A stretch of DNA of 63,087 bases, filler included, from Octopus bimaculoides (taxonomy: Eukaryota): the NCBI RefSeq assembly GCF_001194135.2. It is 4 parts of 4 records of this genome, joined end to end, with 100 filler letters (N's around TTAATTAATTAA, not from the genome) between each part and the next. Parts side by side here need not be neighbours in the genome. Positions count along the whole stretch, not along the records: positions 29,793 to 55,057 come from NC_069003.1; 3 more parts are not named here. One strand, given 5' to 3'. The position numbers and the translations under genes are program-made. Within the stretch, counting starts at the first letter, position 1; the number at the start of each line of letters is the position of its first letter. Positions 40,133 through 54,786 of this stretch are shown here, in pieces. A model generated the notes under the pieces. The model saw only the letters and a program-made list of their open reading frames with translations, searched no databases and was not told the origin of the DNA.

Positions 40133-40592
40133 GTATATATATGTATATATATATATATATNNNNNNNNNNNNNNNNNNNNNNNNNNNNNNNNNNNNNNNN
40201 NNNNNNNNNNNNNNNNNNNNNNNNNNNNNNNNNNNNNNNNNNNNNNNNNNNNNNNNNNNNNNNNNNNNNNNNNNNNNNNNNNNNNNNNNNNNNNNNNNNN
40301 NNNNNNNNNNNNNNNNNNNNNNNNNNNNNNNNNNNNNNNNNNNNNNNNNNNNNNNNNNNNNNNNNNNNNNNNNNNNNNNNNNNNNNNNNNNNNNNNNNNN
40401 NNNNNNNNNNNNNNNNNNNNNNNNNNNNNNNNNNNNNNNNNNNNNNNNNNNNNNNNNNNNNNNNNNNNNNNNNNNNNNNNNNNNNNNNNNNNNNNNNNNN
40501 NNNNNNNNNNNNNNNNNNNNNNNNNNNNNNNNNNNNNNNNNNNNNNNNNNNNNNNNNNNNNNNNNNNNNNNNNNNNNNNNNNNNNNNNNNNN

Positions 40593-40634
<42 letters not shown>

Positions 40635-40929
40635 GACTTAAATCCCTTATGATCTGCTATCGATTCAATATATACACAAGATCGGATTACAGGTTATAGA
40701 ATAAAGAAGGAAAGAAGGAGCATATTTAATAATATTTGTCGATGTGGATGTGGGTGTGCTGAACTCTCGGGTGGAGTGTGATGGTGGGGTGGTGACAAGG
40801 CAAGAGTACGTTCTGGGTGTATCTCGCATTGTTGTAGTCGTTGGTGTTGTTGTTGTTGCTGTTGTTGTTTTCATCCAAAAAGTAACAAAACTAACTTTTT
40901 CGGATCATCTAGAAATTTAGACCGACACG
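40593..40929. repeat. Copy 1 of a near-identical dispersed repeat, (TAC)n plus 296 bp
   Basis: 40634-40929 equals 47914-48209 apart from one mismatch seen (40904 a / 48184 t). Confidence 0.95.
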
Positions 40930-43469
40930 TAGTCACACACATCACCACCACTGCCATGACATGCACACACGCACACACACGCACACAAACACACACATGC
41001 ACGCACACAAACACACACATGCGCATACATACACACACGCAGATACACTCACACGCAGGCACACACATGTGCACGACGCGCACGCTAGCGCATACGCATA
41101 TCTTATTGAAACCAAAAGTTGCCATCTACAAACTTCCTTCACCATTTTCATAATTCTTCGAAGAGAGATATATTTCAAAAAGAACCAAACTTTTACGTGT
41201 ATCTCACGGCATGCAGACTTGTTTTGCCATTTTCAGACATCTTCCGAGATACTCGTAGCAGTTAAGTGTCATCGTATTTGTACTCAACAAGAAGCAAAGG
41301 AAAAGACAATGGATGGACGGATTCACAAGAGTGACAAGAGGAGAGAAAGGAGAACAGATGGGAATAGAAAGAGGGGGAAAAGGGAAGAGTAAGAGAGAAA
41401 GTTGAGGGAGAAGGAAGAAAAAGAGAATTATAACGAAATAAGATTTGTAGGGGTTAGTGTGTGAAAAATGTTTGTTCTGATTGTTTTTAAGAGTAGGTGG
41501 TTGTTAATGAAATTTCGATAAATCAAAATAGCTGTATATGTAACTAAGAGGGCTCATCTCATAGACGTTATAGAGAGAGTACATTGATATATGAAAAATT
41601 AATTCTCCTTAAAATAAATCCTCTCCAAAAAGAGGTCTATGCTAATGGTTAGATATCAACGAACTTCTGAATTAATATTCTACTTCGATCCAAGAAACAA
41701 TATTTATCCCCACAGTAGTACTCTTCAACTTAAAATTAAAATCATATATAAAAAAGAAACATTCTTTGCATGCAAGCAAAGCGGTCAAAAACGTATATAA
41801 AAAATAAATCTCTTTAAGTTTGGAAATATATAATATTACAAATGTTATAAATACTGTAGGTCTATAAAATAAAGTTTAGAAATGAGTTTGGTTCAGCAGA
41901 AGGTGAGTTTTTAATGATTTTTCGAAAAAAATGTTTTTTAGCTTTCGTGGTAAAATATTATTCCATATGTTAATACTGTTATAAATAAAGCATTTTTGAC
42001 AAATTGATACTCGACAAAAAGGCGTTTCAAAAGAAAGGAAAGAAATAAAATTAGAGTTACGTTCCCTTTGATTATGGAAGTCATAACCTAATTGTTGTAG
42101 AATAATTCAACGGAGAGGAGTCCAGAATCTCTGAGACAGCTGCTGAATCCGGAGATTGTAGTGTTCTCCAGTTCGTTAAAACAATTTTATCCATATGCTT
42201 GCATTTGCTGAAAATTAAGTAGTGTGATGGAATTTATTGCACAACTTAATTTCAGAGCGGAAATTCTACTTGACATTCTTTCGTTACTTTCTTCAATTAG
42301 CTGCATGACTCTATCAAAAAAATCCCTGAATTTCGTCGTCTATTCGTATTTTAAAATTACCGATAAACTGTTGAAGTACAAATAACTTCTTTTCAACTTA
42401 CGAGATTCTACAATGGAAACTATGTATAAAAAAGCAACTCCATCGTTCATTTTTTTTGACAGCAATTTCTGGCACTGTTTCATATTCGGCTTCGTTTGTA
42501 TTATTTTAGAATATTATTGATATTTCTATTTTTGTTTGGTCACATAGAAATTTTACTTTGAAATTCTCCAAAAGGACTTTTGAATTATTATTTACACCCG
42601 TATTTTAGCAAATAGTCACTATAACAAATGATCATTGTATTCATTTATTATTAAGAAATAATTCGTTTTAGCATGACAAAACCAATAAACATTTAATAAA
42701 AAGTAACACTATCTTTTTCATGGAACTCTATCACTATGTTTCTTGCGTTAGTTAAATATGAATTTGCCATGAAATGCATGTGTGGTACTGGAGTATTTTC
42801 ACAGCGTTTATTCACAATCTGGATCCCTAAAATGGGGCTGCAGCAAAATATGATGAACATTTTTGAGAACAATTCCAATAAGTGATTCCAGGCAGGTTCC
42901 AAATTAAAAGAAAACATTTAGCAACTTCAATGAATGATAACATTTCGAAGAAAACTTTTAGAAACTTCTATGAGTAATAATTTTTTAAAGCAAGAATTGA
43001 TTGAATATCAGATTTCAGCATTGACATGAAATGATATTCCTGAGATTGTACAAGATGAAAGAATTGCTCTTCCAAATTGTTGGAGCTATGAAGTATGCTT
43101 GAGTGGTAGGGATGGAGGTGATCAAGAAAAAGCATAATGGGTTACTTGTTATCAACAAGACACCTGACTTTGATCGCTGTGCAATATTCAAGTCCATAAA
43201 TATTAAGAGAATCCATGTTTCAAAGGAATAGAGAAGCCGCAATATTTAAACATTAACGACAAATAAAGTCGCCCAGCAAGCATTTCTAAGGGGTGGGGAA
43301 AGAATGAATGACAATTTCTTTTCCATCAAAATCCACATAGAATGTGTGTAATGCAGCTAAAGAAACACGTGAAGAATAGAATTACCTGAAAGACATAAAA
43401 ATCACGGTAAGAAACAGAGATGGAAAAGGAAAGAAAACTATAATCTCCAAAAGCTTTTGATTGATGTCA

Positions 43470-43620
43470 ACTCGTCATGTACAATTCAGATAAACGTTGA
43501 TCTGTCATTGTTCAACTCAGACAGGTTTTCCTGAACCATTGACAAATGAAAACTATTCCTGTTACTAGATTTTGGAGATCTTTCAACAGAATGTTTCATT
43601 GAAAATGTTTGACCTTCCAG
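43470..43620 (-). mobile_element. hAT transposase dimerisation-domain remnant
   Basis: HSVERS... followed by RKTCLS*TMTDQRLSEL (consensus ERSFS...KTYLRSTM...RLS.L). Confidence 0.5.
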
Positions 43621-43817
43621 ACCTGATTCTGTAGCCTGACATCGGTCGAAAGTTTTGCCAATGCTAATGTGGCTACAATGGTTCCAATGCATTTCTTGTT
43701 TCTACAATTCTTTGCTCGTGTATATTTCATTCACACGATTGTGTCAGTTTTAGGACCACAATGAATATCCTCTCGTCTTTAAATAAAGACATTTCTCTAG
43801 TATACGCACGCATGCAC

Positions 43818-43865
<48 letters not shown>

Positions 43866-43937
43866 NNNNNNNNNNNNNNNNNNNNNNNNNNNNNNNNNNN
43901 NNNNNNNNNNNNNNNNNNNNNNNNNNNNNNNNNNNNN

Positions 43938-43978
<41 letters not shown>

Positions 43979-44824
43979 ACACACACATGCACGCACACAC
44001 ACACGACTGTTATTATCTAAATGTTCCTAACAATATGCCATTTATAAACATGCAACACAAAATCTATTCGTTTTATCTTGAAGATAACGATATCGAAATA
44101 TTTCCCATGGTTTGTCATAAATGCTTGTAGCCTTGCCTGGAAGTTTGGCTCTTCTACATCACACCACTTCTTGAAATTTTATAGGAATTTATCTATGAAT
44201 AGGGACCTTCCGTTCATCTAACGCCTACGGGTCACTTTGAGATAACCCCCAAATAACTAATCACAAATCAAAAGGCCTGGTTTTTGAGTAGGTCATCACA
44301 TTTTAACCTGCTGATAAGCATTTCTTTAATAACGTTTTTAGAAGCTTTTTCTCAATGGGAAGTCGCTCCATCGTGTTGAGACAGTAGGTGTTATGCATTA
44401 ATCGCATATCTGTGCCATTTTGGAAAAGTAAGCTGCACAACATGAACACACAGTGACTAAAATTCAGTTTCTGCATTTCCCCGCTCATATAGCAATCAGA
44501 ATTCCCAGTCATCGCATGTACACCCTCTGTGGCGAAGACAGGCTGATCGTATCAGTTTTTTTAAATACAACACAGCACTGTTATAAAGCAATGTTAGGAA
44601 ACTGTCGTGGATTACTGTCCGTCAGTACAAGAAATTTTAAATATCTTCACAACAAAGAACATGGAAATGAGCTCCACCATACATGAGAAGAACTATGTCA
44701 TCTATTGAAAGTTTGTTTTCTGTAAATGTTTTTCACTTTTCCAAACATTTTGGTATATTGTATCATTCTAATTTTATAAAGATGTATATTTGAATCAATA
44801 TATTTGTCAATGTGTTAAGCGTTT

Positions 44825-45030
44825 CAATTGCGTACCAATCGCAGTTGGCACCGCATCCATTGTATGCTTTCGCCTTGAAGAAACAACAATGTAACTGCCT
44901 CACTATAAATCCTGACAAGTTGGGTTTCACAAAACCAGAAGCAACACACCTAATCGTAAGATTACAGAGGAAAGCTATTAACGGCACTGTTAAAGTAGGT
45001 GAGACGTTCATGGAGTTTAACATGTAATGA
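44825..45030 (+). mobile_element. R4/Dong-like LINE C-terminus, diverged
   Basis: FNCVPIAVG... CLTINPDKLGFTKPEATHLIVRLQRKAINGTVKVGETFMEFNM* aligns with the peptide at 54858-55056. Confidence 0.75.
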
Positions 45031-45311
45031 GATCTATATATGCAATGACATTCAAACCTGCATCCATGTACGTGCACATTCGCCATGCTGGGCCACTGAA
45101 CTCTACACATTTTTTTTCATTCTCTCTCTGTTTATTTTCTCTTATTCCTTTCTGTTGAAGAGCATAGGCTTGAAACATAAAACACTTTTCCATTTTTCCC
45201 GAGCGTCAAACTAATATACTTGCTTGTTGTTCATACACCTGTCTTCGTCTTTTGTTTTCTATCAAGTTCAACTATGTGCACACAAATGGATACATGCATA
45301 TACGTGCACTG

Positions 45312-45397
<86 letters not shown>

Positions 45398-45749
45398 CTA
45401 ATTTTTCGGTAGAAAAAGAACAACAATCGCGAATTAAGTTTGTTGCCCTATTTCTGTTGCTGTTTAAGCAGTGAAATATGAAAAGGTGTGAGATAATATG
45501 GTAAATATGTCGAAAGAGTTAAGAATAAAAAAAGCTCTAAATTAAGAAAATCTGCAAGGTTTCCATAAAATTTTAGAGTGCAAAGGATGTAATTGGGGGT
45601 TACTATCAGATTGGGGCGGGGATTAATCAAGTTGAAAGCTTTTAAAAATAAAGCGAATGTTTGAATTAAGTTGGAAAAAATTATGATAGTAATCTGAGAG
45701 ATGGATATTTAATATACATTTTGAAAGGAATGCGTTAGCTTTTCCCTGT

Positions 45750-46300
45750 AATCTTTTCTCCTCTAGAATCAACATTTATAACTCGTATCGCATTTTCCCA
45801 GCCGAGGTTCCGAAGAGTTACATTAGCGAAATAAGCTACTCAAGAAATATTTACTGTAATAAACCTGGATAAGATGTAAGCAACATCTTCACAAAGGGGA
45901 AACATACTATTAGAAATGTCCGAGGAAATTCATGCCCATCCAATAGCAGAGTAAATGGAAGAATGTCAGAATGGTTAAACAAGTTAATATCAAATATTAG
46001 CTTGTTTAATGCTGAAACAAGTCAATATGCACTGAAACTATGATTGCACAGCACCGATTAAGATGAGCTGAACACGTTGTGCAAATGGCGGATCATTCAC
46101 TAACCAAACTAGTATTGTATTCTGAACTGGATGAAAGGAAACCATGCGAAGGTAGACAAAGGAAACGGCTCAAAGGAATATATCAAAGGCAATTTGAGAA
46201 ACAACTTCAATGTGTATGAATGGAAATCGTTGGCGAACAACCGATACAAATAAAGATGGATCATTTATGATGGATTCTCAAACGGCACCAACCGAACTAT
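45750..46300 (+). mobile_element. RTE (BovB-like) LINE ORF C-terminal fragment
   Basis: TWIRCKQHL...; ETMIAQHRLR*AEHVVQMADHSLTKLVLYSELDERKPCEGRQRKRLK; KGNLRN..EWKSLANNR. Confidence 0.8.
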
Positions 46301-46431
46301 ACGAAGATGAACGTGAGAATAGACTGCAGTGTGGCCAACAAAGCGCCGTTTTCTCCAACGAAACAAGAAATTTGATGGTCAGTCAACCTCAAAGATGAGG
46401 AAGTTCTGATAATGGTTTATGTATATAGATA

Positions 46432-46465
46432 TACTAGCACATGTGCCGGGCATTGTCCAGGTTTA
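46432..46465 (+). mobile_element. Possible Helitron-type terminus
   Basis: atactagcacatgtgccgggcattgtccagg resembles ACTAG..CCCGG..CGGG termini; no supporting body was recognised. Confidence 0.25.
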
Positions 46466-47533
46466 TCAATACTTAAATATATTCACAAGATTTTAGCATA
46501 TTTTGGATAAATTGCTTTAAAAAGATATTGACAATTTCCAACAAAATTTCGTTCAGGAATGTTGATTTATTCACAATTGCTGCACCCAACCAATTCAGAA
46601 GATAGATTAATCTGAGATTCATAAAAATGAATAAAGATAAGTAAACATAGAACCTAAAATAGAATTTTACTTTTTCATTTTCTTTTACTTGTTTAGGAAA
46701 ACATGCTTTCCCAGAATACTATACTAATTTATATAATTAATATATATGTATTGTCTTTGTGATCAGTAAATTTTTCCAATGTCTATTGCAGTGCTTGGAG
46801 ATATTTAATATTTCGGTTTTTCTGTCAGCTGTGAAAAAGTACGACTCAAAGATGGCCTGCGAAATAACTGGGGCTCTAAGTACAACAGTAATATGCAAAA
46901 GTTATTTTAGCAAGAAGAAAAATTTGAAATGTTTTAACTATATCTACTGCTGATTTTTGCTAACATAACTTGGCTGTCCTGGTTTAGGACGAATGTTGCT
47001 GTAATTTAGCCCCAGAAGACATCGTCTCCAGTTGGCTATACGACACGATCTGTGTCCTTATATCTTCGAACAAGGGAGTCTTGCACCGCCACTCAGCCCA
47101 AAACAATATCTATGGTGTTCTTTAAAAAAAAATGTGCCCCCGTGAAAGATTACACTTACTATGTGCAGAACTGGAAGTTATAACTCGGAACTCAAATATG
47201 CACGCATATATATATATATATATANNNNNNNNNNNNNNNNNNNNNNNNNNNNNNNNNNNNNNNNNNNNNNNNNNNNNNNNNNNNNNNNNNNNNNNNNNNN
47301 NNNNNNNNNNNNNNNNNNNNNNNNNNNNNNNNNNNNNNNNNNNNNNNNNNNNNNNNNNNNNNNNNNNNNNNNNNNNNNNNNNNNNNNNNNNNNNNNNNNN
47401 NNNNNNATATATATGCATATATACATACATATATACATATATATATATGCATATATAGATACATATATATATATGCATATATACATACATATATATATAT
47501 GTATATATATATATATATGTAAGTATATGTATA

Positions 47534-47589
<56 letters not shown>

Positions 47590-47603
47590 TATATATAGAT
47601 ATA

Positions 47604-47641
<38 letters not shown>

Positions 47642-47865
47642 CATGTATGTCTGTGTATGCATACAATTGCATTCATACACACAAGTATACACTCGGCTGT
47701 GTGAATATGTTCTGATGTGTATATACGTACGTGCCTATGAATGTACACCTTGTTCGTGGATTCACACCCGCGCACCCATTTCCGTGGCTGATCTGATCTA
47801 TTAATCACACTCCCAGTTATTAATCAGATTACACATATGACGGAAGAGCAGCATCTTGCCTACAA

Positions 47866-47914
<49 letters not shown>

Positions 47915-48209
47915 GACTTAAATCCCTTATGATCTGCTATCGATTCAATATATACACAAGATCGGATTACAGGTTATAGAATAAAGAAGGAAAGAAGGAG
48001 CATATTTAATAATATTTGTCGATGTGGATGTGGGTGTGCTGAACTCTCGGGTGGAGTGTGATGGTGGGGTGGTGACAAGGCAAGAGTACGTTCTGGGTGT
48101 ATCTCGCATTGTTGTAGTCGTTGGTGTTGTTGTTGTTGCTGTTGTTGTTTTCATCCAAAAAGTAACAAAACTAACTTTTTCGGTTCATCTAGAAATTTAG
48201 ACCGACACG
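47866..48209. repeat. Copy 2 of the near-identical dispersed repeat
   Basis: See 40593-40929. Confidence 0.95.
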
Positions 48210-49419
48210 AAAGCAAATCCTCTACCATTATCTTCAGGTACTACACAAAGATTCTGAAATACCGTTTATTCTTTGAAAAGCGGGAAGTGAGAACCAGGTT
48301 AGAAGCTGCCTCTTCATGTCAGAAGGTCCGCTGCCATTTAATCTCGATGTAATCAATTATTATTAACAGTCTGATAAACCCAGTTCTTCAACAATTCAAC
48401 ATTTCAAGTCTTCCGTTAAAGTTTGTTGAGACACAGTTCTTATTATTTTTGTTCTAAATGTATCTCTACAGAGTTTCTGTTGAATTTAGAGCCAGCACGG
48501 AAAGTTATAACATTTCCTATACGAATACGTCTATGTAACCAATGCGATCGAAGATAGAAAAATAGGTAATGCGTGTATATGCATATTTGAGCGACACATC
48601 CAACCCATTAATCATCGACGAACACATTGCTCTAATAGCCACTAACACAATTGGAAAGACCAATTTTTACATATTAAACACATCTCTGGTAGGGACACGG
48701 CATTTCATTTTGTAACCATAGTCTTACTACTTACACAAAGAAGGACAAAGTATTGACTAATAAACCTTTAATATACTTGGTACAATATCACGGCTGCAAA
48801 ACGAAAGATGGCGTCCCTGCCAGCGATTACTTAACGCCTTCGTCATGAATCGTCATACAGAGTAACAGGCGGGTCTCGATGTTTCTTTACGCTGTGACGT
48901 CGATGTGGAATAAAATCAACCCAAATATGAAGTCGTTAAATGTACGTCGTCTCCCACCTTAGATTTTTGTTTGGTTCTAATTTTTTCTTTCGTTCCTTTT
49001 GTAATCTGCTACTTTTTTTTTACAATTCAGTTAATTGAAGATAATAACAATAATTAATAAAGATAACTATCTCATTCAACTTTCTATTTTATTTCACGAT
49101 CGTTATGCAACATACTTTACATGTCTGTTGTCTACTTGTTGAAGAGAGAACTCATTAATAGCAGAATTTCTTAAATTGGGTTCTGCAGAACACCAGGATC
49201 CTGTAAAAAAAAAATCGCTGTTTCATTGGATAAAGGACTTTTAATTAAATTAAATAAAAAAAATTATTCTATACAAAATGACATTCACAATTTTTCAAAA
49301 TTAAAAAAAAATTATGATTTTCATCTGAATAAATCCTGTCAGTGAACAATTCTGCTTAATGTCTTACTAATGATATTTATGTCTTCTTAAAAATAAGATG
49401 TTATTAATATAGAAATCTC

Positions 49420-49815
49420 AAGGCGTTGAGCTGAGAGAATCGTTAGCGACATTCCGTCCGTCTTTACGCTCTGTTCAAATTCTGCAGATGTTGACTTTGC
49501 CGTTCATCCCTTTTCGGGGTCTATAAAATTGAGTCCTGGGGACCTATGTAATCAACTTAAGCCCTCCTCTAAAACTGCTGGCCTTGTGCCAAGATCTGAA
49601 ACCAATATTAATATCGCCAAGCATTTTGCACTCCGGACAAAATGATTAGCGGCATTCCGTCCGACCTCACCTTCTGAGTTAAAATTCCACCGAGGTTGAT
49701 TTTGCCTTCATCCTTTCGGGGGTCGATAAATATAAGTACCAGTTTAGTACTGGGTTGATGTAATCGACTTAGCCCCTTATCCAAAATTACTAGCTTTGTG
49801 CCGAATTCGAACCCA
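49420..49815 (+). mobile_element. Two tandem SINE S1 copies
   Basis: 49420-49610 and 49618-49815 each contain ttagcg..cattccgtccg...ttcaaattc/ttaaaattcc...ttgac/ttgattttgcc.ttcatcc.tttcgggg.tc.ataaa. Confidence 0.85.
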
Positions 49816-51154
49816 AAGTAATGCCTTATTAAAGATAAGGTCTTGATGTTGTCCGTAAGATATAGAGATGGGTTTTGTGATATTTTGGAAATAGCATAAG
49901 GGTTCTGCGACGAAGTGAATTTGGTAACTGCTACCTTAAAGTACAATAATATATGAAGTACAGAATAAAGAACGGAAAATAACGATCGATGATGTGTTTA
50001 TTTAATGAATTTAAACATTCCTGTAAATCTGGTAAGCCATGACAGAATGAGTAAAGCATATAACATCCCTTATACAAAAAGAAGAATCAAAAACAAACAA
50101 GAACACAAAAACTAAAAAGAAAAAAAAATAAGGGAACAGATAAAGGACAGTTAAATGTTTCTTTTAGCAGCCTCCAAATAAGATTGGAAAAATCTTATTT
50201 ATGGTTGGTGGAACCTAAACAATTTATTCCACCAACAACTTTTATAGCCTTTTTAAAGACCGGTTTTAAAATGTCTTCTCTCTCTGAATGATAATTTTTA
50301 TGTGGGAAACAAGTAATACCCTAAGGTCTTTGAATAGTCTCCACAAAAGCATAAAGGTGATTCCGTACAACCTATTACAGTTGAAAAAAATCTGACATGT
50401 TTGAAGCCATGTTTGAGGCTTTGCTTGCAAACTTTGTTCACTGTCTGATAAGTTTTATACATTAATAAATCTGGATGAGATAAGCGCGGATTAAACTTTG
50501 ATAGTTTATCTCTTGATTCTTCTCAATACTTTCATTATACTTTTACCGAATGTTTTAACATGTGAAAGATTTAGAATAAAATCTATACTTATTTCTTATT
50601 GTGCTCCATCCTTTTGCTAATTAATTTGCTTTCCTGTTCCCCTGACTATCTGTGTATCCAGGTATCCTTTCGACTAAATCTTTATCTATTATAAGAGGAA
50701 TTTTCTCAATTTTGTTTTAATTCGACGTTTTTGATTGAAATTATTCCATGTTCAATAAACTAGCGGCAAACAGAAAACATTTTTACCATGGTGTTTCTTT
50801 AGTAGAATTTTAAAATGTTATTCCTCCCCACCACTATGAAATCATAATGCACCCTGAAGCTTATATAGTCGTATTATTATTTTAAAAGGCCCAAGTAGCC
50901 CTCTACCCTTCTGTATCACTGAACCAGTTGTTAGAACAGTTTGACTGTTGGTATGGCATTCCCTTCTTTTGTTCTGTAATCTTTTTAATCGTTTATTTTA
51001 ACGATTCCAATTGCTTCATCCCTGCAAGTAGCCAAATGTTGTACTACTTTCTTTTCTATTTAAGCTAAGCAATTTACAATTTGCGTTTTCTAGATTATTC
51101 TATTAGAGGCGGTTAACTCTGTTTCTGGAAAAATATCAGAAAGAAATTATAACA

Positions 51155-51620
51155 CATAGAAAGTAGCATGCTGAGGTCTGAGTCGATGTTGGTCGACGTT
51201 GTGGGTTGCTGGATCCAGTGCATAAAAATTAGAACGGGGTTACGACAAGAGTGGCCAGTCTCATATAGGAATCGTTTAAGGGGAAGCTATTCCTGAAATT
51301 TCGAGAATAGCGAACACATACAACTTCATCCTCTGTTCTTTAGTCTTATGAGCAAGGGATCCGTTCTACTGGTCAAAAGATCCACCTGTTGCCAACACCG
51401 ACTTCATGGGTGGGTGAGAGTGTAGGGCTATATCGAGAATACGCTGACGTTTGGTGAGAGTATGGTATCTAAGAACTTCTTGAACAGTGACGTATGGTCA
51501 TTCTTTGTTCAGAAAGTTCTCCCGTTGCTCGTCTCCTTGACAGAGCTGCAAACTTGGACCAAGCAAAGACTAATATTGGCCATCTGGCGTTTGTGAAATT
51601 GTCATGGCGTTGAAAGCGGA
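51155..51620 (+). mobile_element. L1/Tx1-like LINE ORF2 fragment (post-RT), decayed
   Basis: DVVGCW; KN*NGVTTRVASL..SFKGK; LFFSLMSKGSVLLVKRSTCCQHRLHG; VWSFFVQKVLPLLVSLTELQTW. Recognised from memory of Tx1-type ORF2. Confidence 0.5.
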
Positions 51621-52117
51621 CATAATTCCTAGTCCTCTTAAAAACCTCACCTATGCCTGCATATACATGTGTAGATGTATAGTTAACACAGACCAAGGAA
51701 GCCCCATATTTTTGCTCTTGTAACGGGGGAAAAATTTGTTGTAGAAGTTCTTTTTTGCCTCTGAAATTGTGTTTTGAAATTTTAAATCTCTTTACCAGTA
51801 TAAACACTATTGTAGTTGCGGTTGATAACGAGAAGGTAATAAGAGGAGTGAGCAAATGGGGAAAACTGACCAATAACCACTAAATGGGGCCACTCAGAAA
51901 CTCAGAGTAAAGCTTCGTTAAGATTCAGCTTTTAAGAAATGATTTCACTTTACATGCAGTATCGAACACATCCATTCTCTCTTTCTCTCTCTCTCTTACC
52001 TACACGTCTATTCGTCCAGCTGTATGTCCATGCATGCTTGCATCCATCTATTTAGCCATCCACCCATCCATAAATAAACACATGCAGTATATACATAGAT
52101 ATTATATACATACATAC

Positions 52118-52159
<42 letters not shown>

Positions 52160-52946
52160 NNNNNNNNNNNNNNNNNNNNNNNNNNNNNNNNNNNNNNNNN
52201 NNNNNNNNNNNNNNNNNNNNNNNNNNNNNNNNNNNNNNNNNNNNNNNNNNNNNNNNNNNNNNNNNNNNNNNNNNNNNNNNNNNNNNNNNNNNNNNNNNNN
52301 NNNNNNNNNNNNNNNNNNNNNNNNNNNNNNNNNNNNNNNNNNNNNNNNNNNNNNNNNNNNNNNNNNNNNNNNNNNNNNNNNNNNNNNNNNNNNNNNNNNN
52401 NNNNNNNNNNNNNNNNNNNNNNNNNNNNNNNNNNNNNNNNNNNNNNNNNNNNNNNNNNNNNNNNNNNNNNNNNNNNNNNNNNNNNNNNNNNNNNNNNNNN
52501 NNNNNNNNNNNNNNNNNNNNNNNNNNNNNNNNNNNNNNNNNNNNNNNNNNNNNNNNNNNNNNNNNNNNNNNNNNNNNNNNNNNNNNNNNNNNNNNNNNNN
52601 NNNNNNNNNNNNNNNNNNNNNNNNNNNNNNNNNNNNNNNNNNNNNNNNNNNNNNNNNNNNNNNNNNNNNNNNAAGATATCATTTTTCTATTGTAACCCAG
52701 AAGTAGATGGATAGTCTAGATATGGGATTAGAGTGAACTTGATATCGGGGCCACGTCGCCTGTATTTGAAGAGACTGAGAACGGGGCGGGATGATGGAGG
52801 TGGTGGTGGTGACGGTGGTGGTGGGGGGGATGCGAACGGATTTCCATATCACAATTGAATGTATCAAACTCATTGCAAGGAACAACACTTAAACAGCAGA
52901 AACAACAACAGCAACAGCGACTACTGCTACTACTACAACAACAACA

Positions 52947-52988
<42 letters not shown>

Positions 52989-53144
52989 GGTACTGCTGCT
53001 GTTGCTGTTAGACACTTTGAGCACTCTAGTCAAGGCCAGCGGAGATGATCTGTTACGGAGGATTAAGTACTTAATGTTTATATAGGACATTTCTGAGATT
53101 AATGAAGCTAAGTTTTAATAAAAAAAAAAATTATTTTACAAGTT

Positions 53145-53204
<60 letters not shown>

Positions 53205-54124
53205 TCATGCATACACACGCACACATTCATGCATACATACGCACACACACACATTTTTATAGCATAAGGACATTGGAAATATTGTTCCACAGNNNNNNNN
53301 NNNNNNNNNNNNNNNNNNNNNNNNNNNNNNNNNNNNNNNNNNNNNNNNNNNNNNNNNNNNNNNNNNNNNNNNNNNNNNNNNNNNNNNNNNNNNNNNNNNN
53401 NNNNNNNNNNNNNNNNNNNNNNNNNNNNNNNNNNNNNNNNNNNNNNNNNNNNNNNNNNNNNNNNNNNNNNNNNNNNNNNNNNNNNNNNNNNNNNNNNNNN
53501 NNNNNNNNNNNNNNNNNNNNNNNNNNNNNNNNNNNNNNNNNNNNNNNNNNNNNNNNNNNNNNNNNNNNNNNNNNNNNNNNNNNNNNNNNNNNNNNNNNNN
53601 NNNNNNNNNNNNNNNNNNNNNNNNNNNNNNNNNNNNNNNNNNNNNNNNNNNNNNNNNNNNNNNNNNNNNNNNNNNNNNNNNNNNNNNNNNNNNNNNNNNN
53701 NNNNNNNNNNNNNNNNNNNNNNNNNNNNNNNNNNNNNNNNNNNNNNNNNNNNNNNNNNNNNNNNNNNNNNNNNNNNNNNNNNNNNNNNNNNNNNNNNNNN
53801 NNNNNNNNNNNNNNNNNNNNNNNNNNNNNNNNNNNNNNNNNNNNNNNNNNNNNNNNNNNNNNNNNNNNNNNNNNNNNNNNNNNNNNNNNNNNNNNNNNNN
53901 NNNNNNNNNNNNNNNNNNNNNNNNNNNNNNNNNNNNNNNNNNNNNNNNNNNNNNNNNNNNNNNNNNNNNNNNNNNNNNNNNNNNNNNNNNNNNNNNNNNN
54001 NNNNNNNNNNNNNNNNNNNNNNNNNNNNNNNNNNNNNNNNNNNNNNNNNNNNNNNNNNNNNNNNNNNNNNNNNNNNNNNNNNNNNNNNNNNNNNNNNNNN
54101 NNNNNNNNNNNNNNNNNNNNNNNN

Positions 54125-54156
<32 letters not shown>

Positions 54157-54639
54157 CTAATCGTGAGGGATTATCAATCCGGGGGAAAATACTTCATAAG
54201 CTCTCTGTTGGTACACCAGGCTAATAATATTGTTTAGATTAGTGAAGAACTCTAAACATTCTTATGGCAGGGTTGGAGATTATGGTTCGTCACCATTCTA
54301 TATTGTAAATTTGTGGCTGAGCTTCAGACAAACTGCTTTTTACACGACGATTTCGGGGCGAGGAATACCTGATTTATATATACATGAAGTTATAAATGAC
54401 AGAGAAATAGTTTGATGAAATTTTATTTAACAATAAGAAAATTCTAATTTCACGACAAATTGTTTCGTCACTTAAAACATGTAAATGGTTTATATTATAT
54501 ATAAAATACGAGGTTGCATACAGCCCTAACACAAAGTACGTATTGAGCATCTTACGCTTTCGCTCAAATCACAAAGATATGAAAAGTCATGGAATTCAGA
54601 CATAAGATGTGGCAGTCATGTATGTGCTTTTGTGTATGT

Positions 54640-54753
54640 ATGTCATTATTCACTTTATTTCAAGATTTCTTGCCAATAGAGAAAGAACCGGTTTCTAACC
54701 TAGATCCAAGGCTCCTTCGTTGGAATTTAAGCATCAACAACAGGATATGTTTG

Positions 54754-54786
<33 letters not shown>

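Noticed and set aside
48780-48910. CpG-rich patch with AAGATGGCG (YY1-like) and TGACGTCG (CRE-like) motifs
   Set aside because: Short motifs occur by chance, and there is no downstream gene to support a promoter call.
49326-49345. tgtcagtgaaca, the 5' half of the G3:C8 motif
   Set aside because: No stem II, GAAA or 3' stem I follows.
50170-51000. Possible decayed minus-strand LINE (ESPLCFCG...YYLF)
   Set aside because: Only one weak zinc-knuckle-like motif; a coherent frame could not be built.
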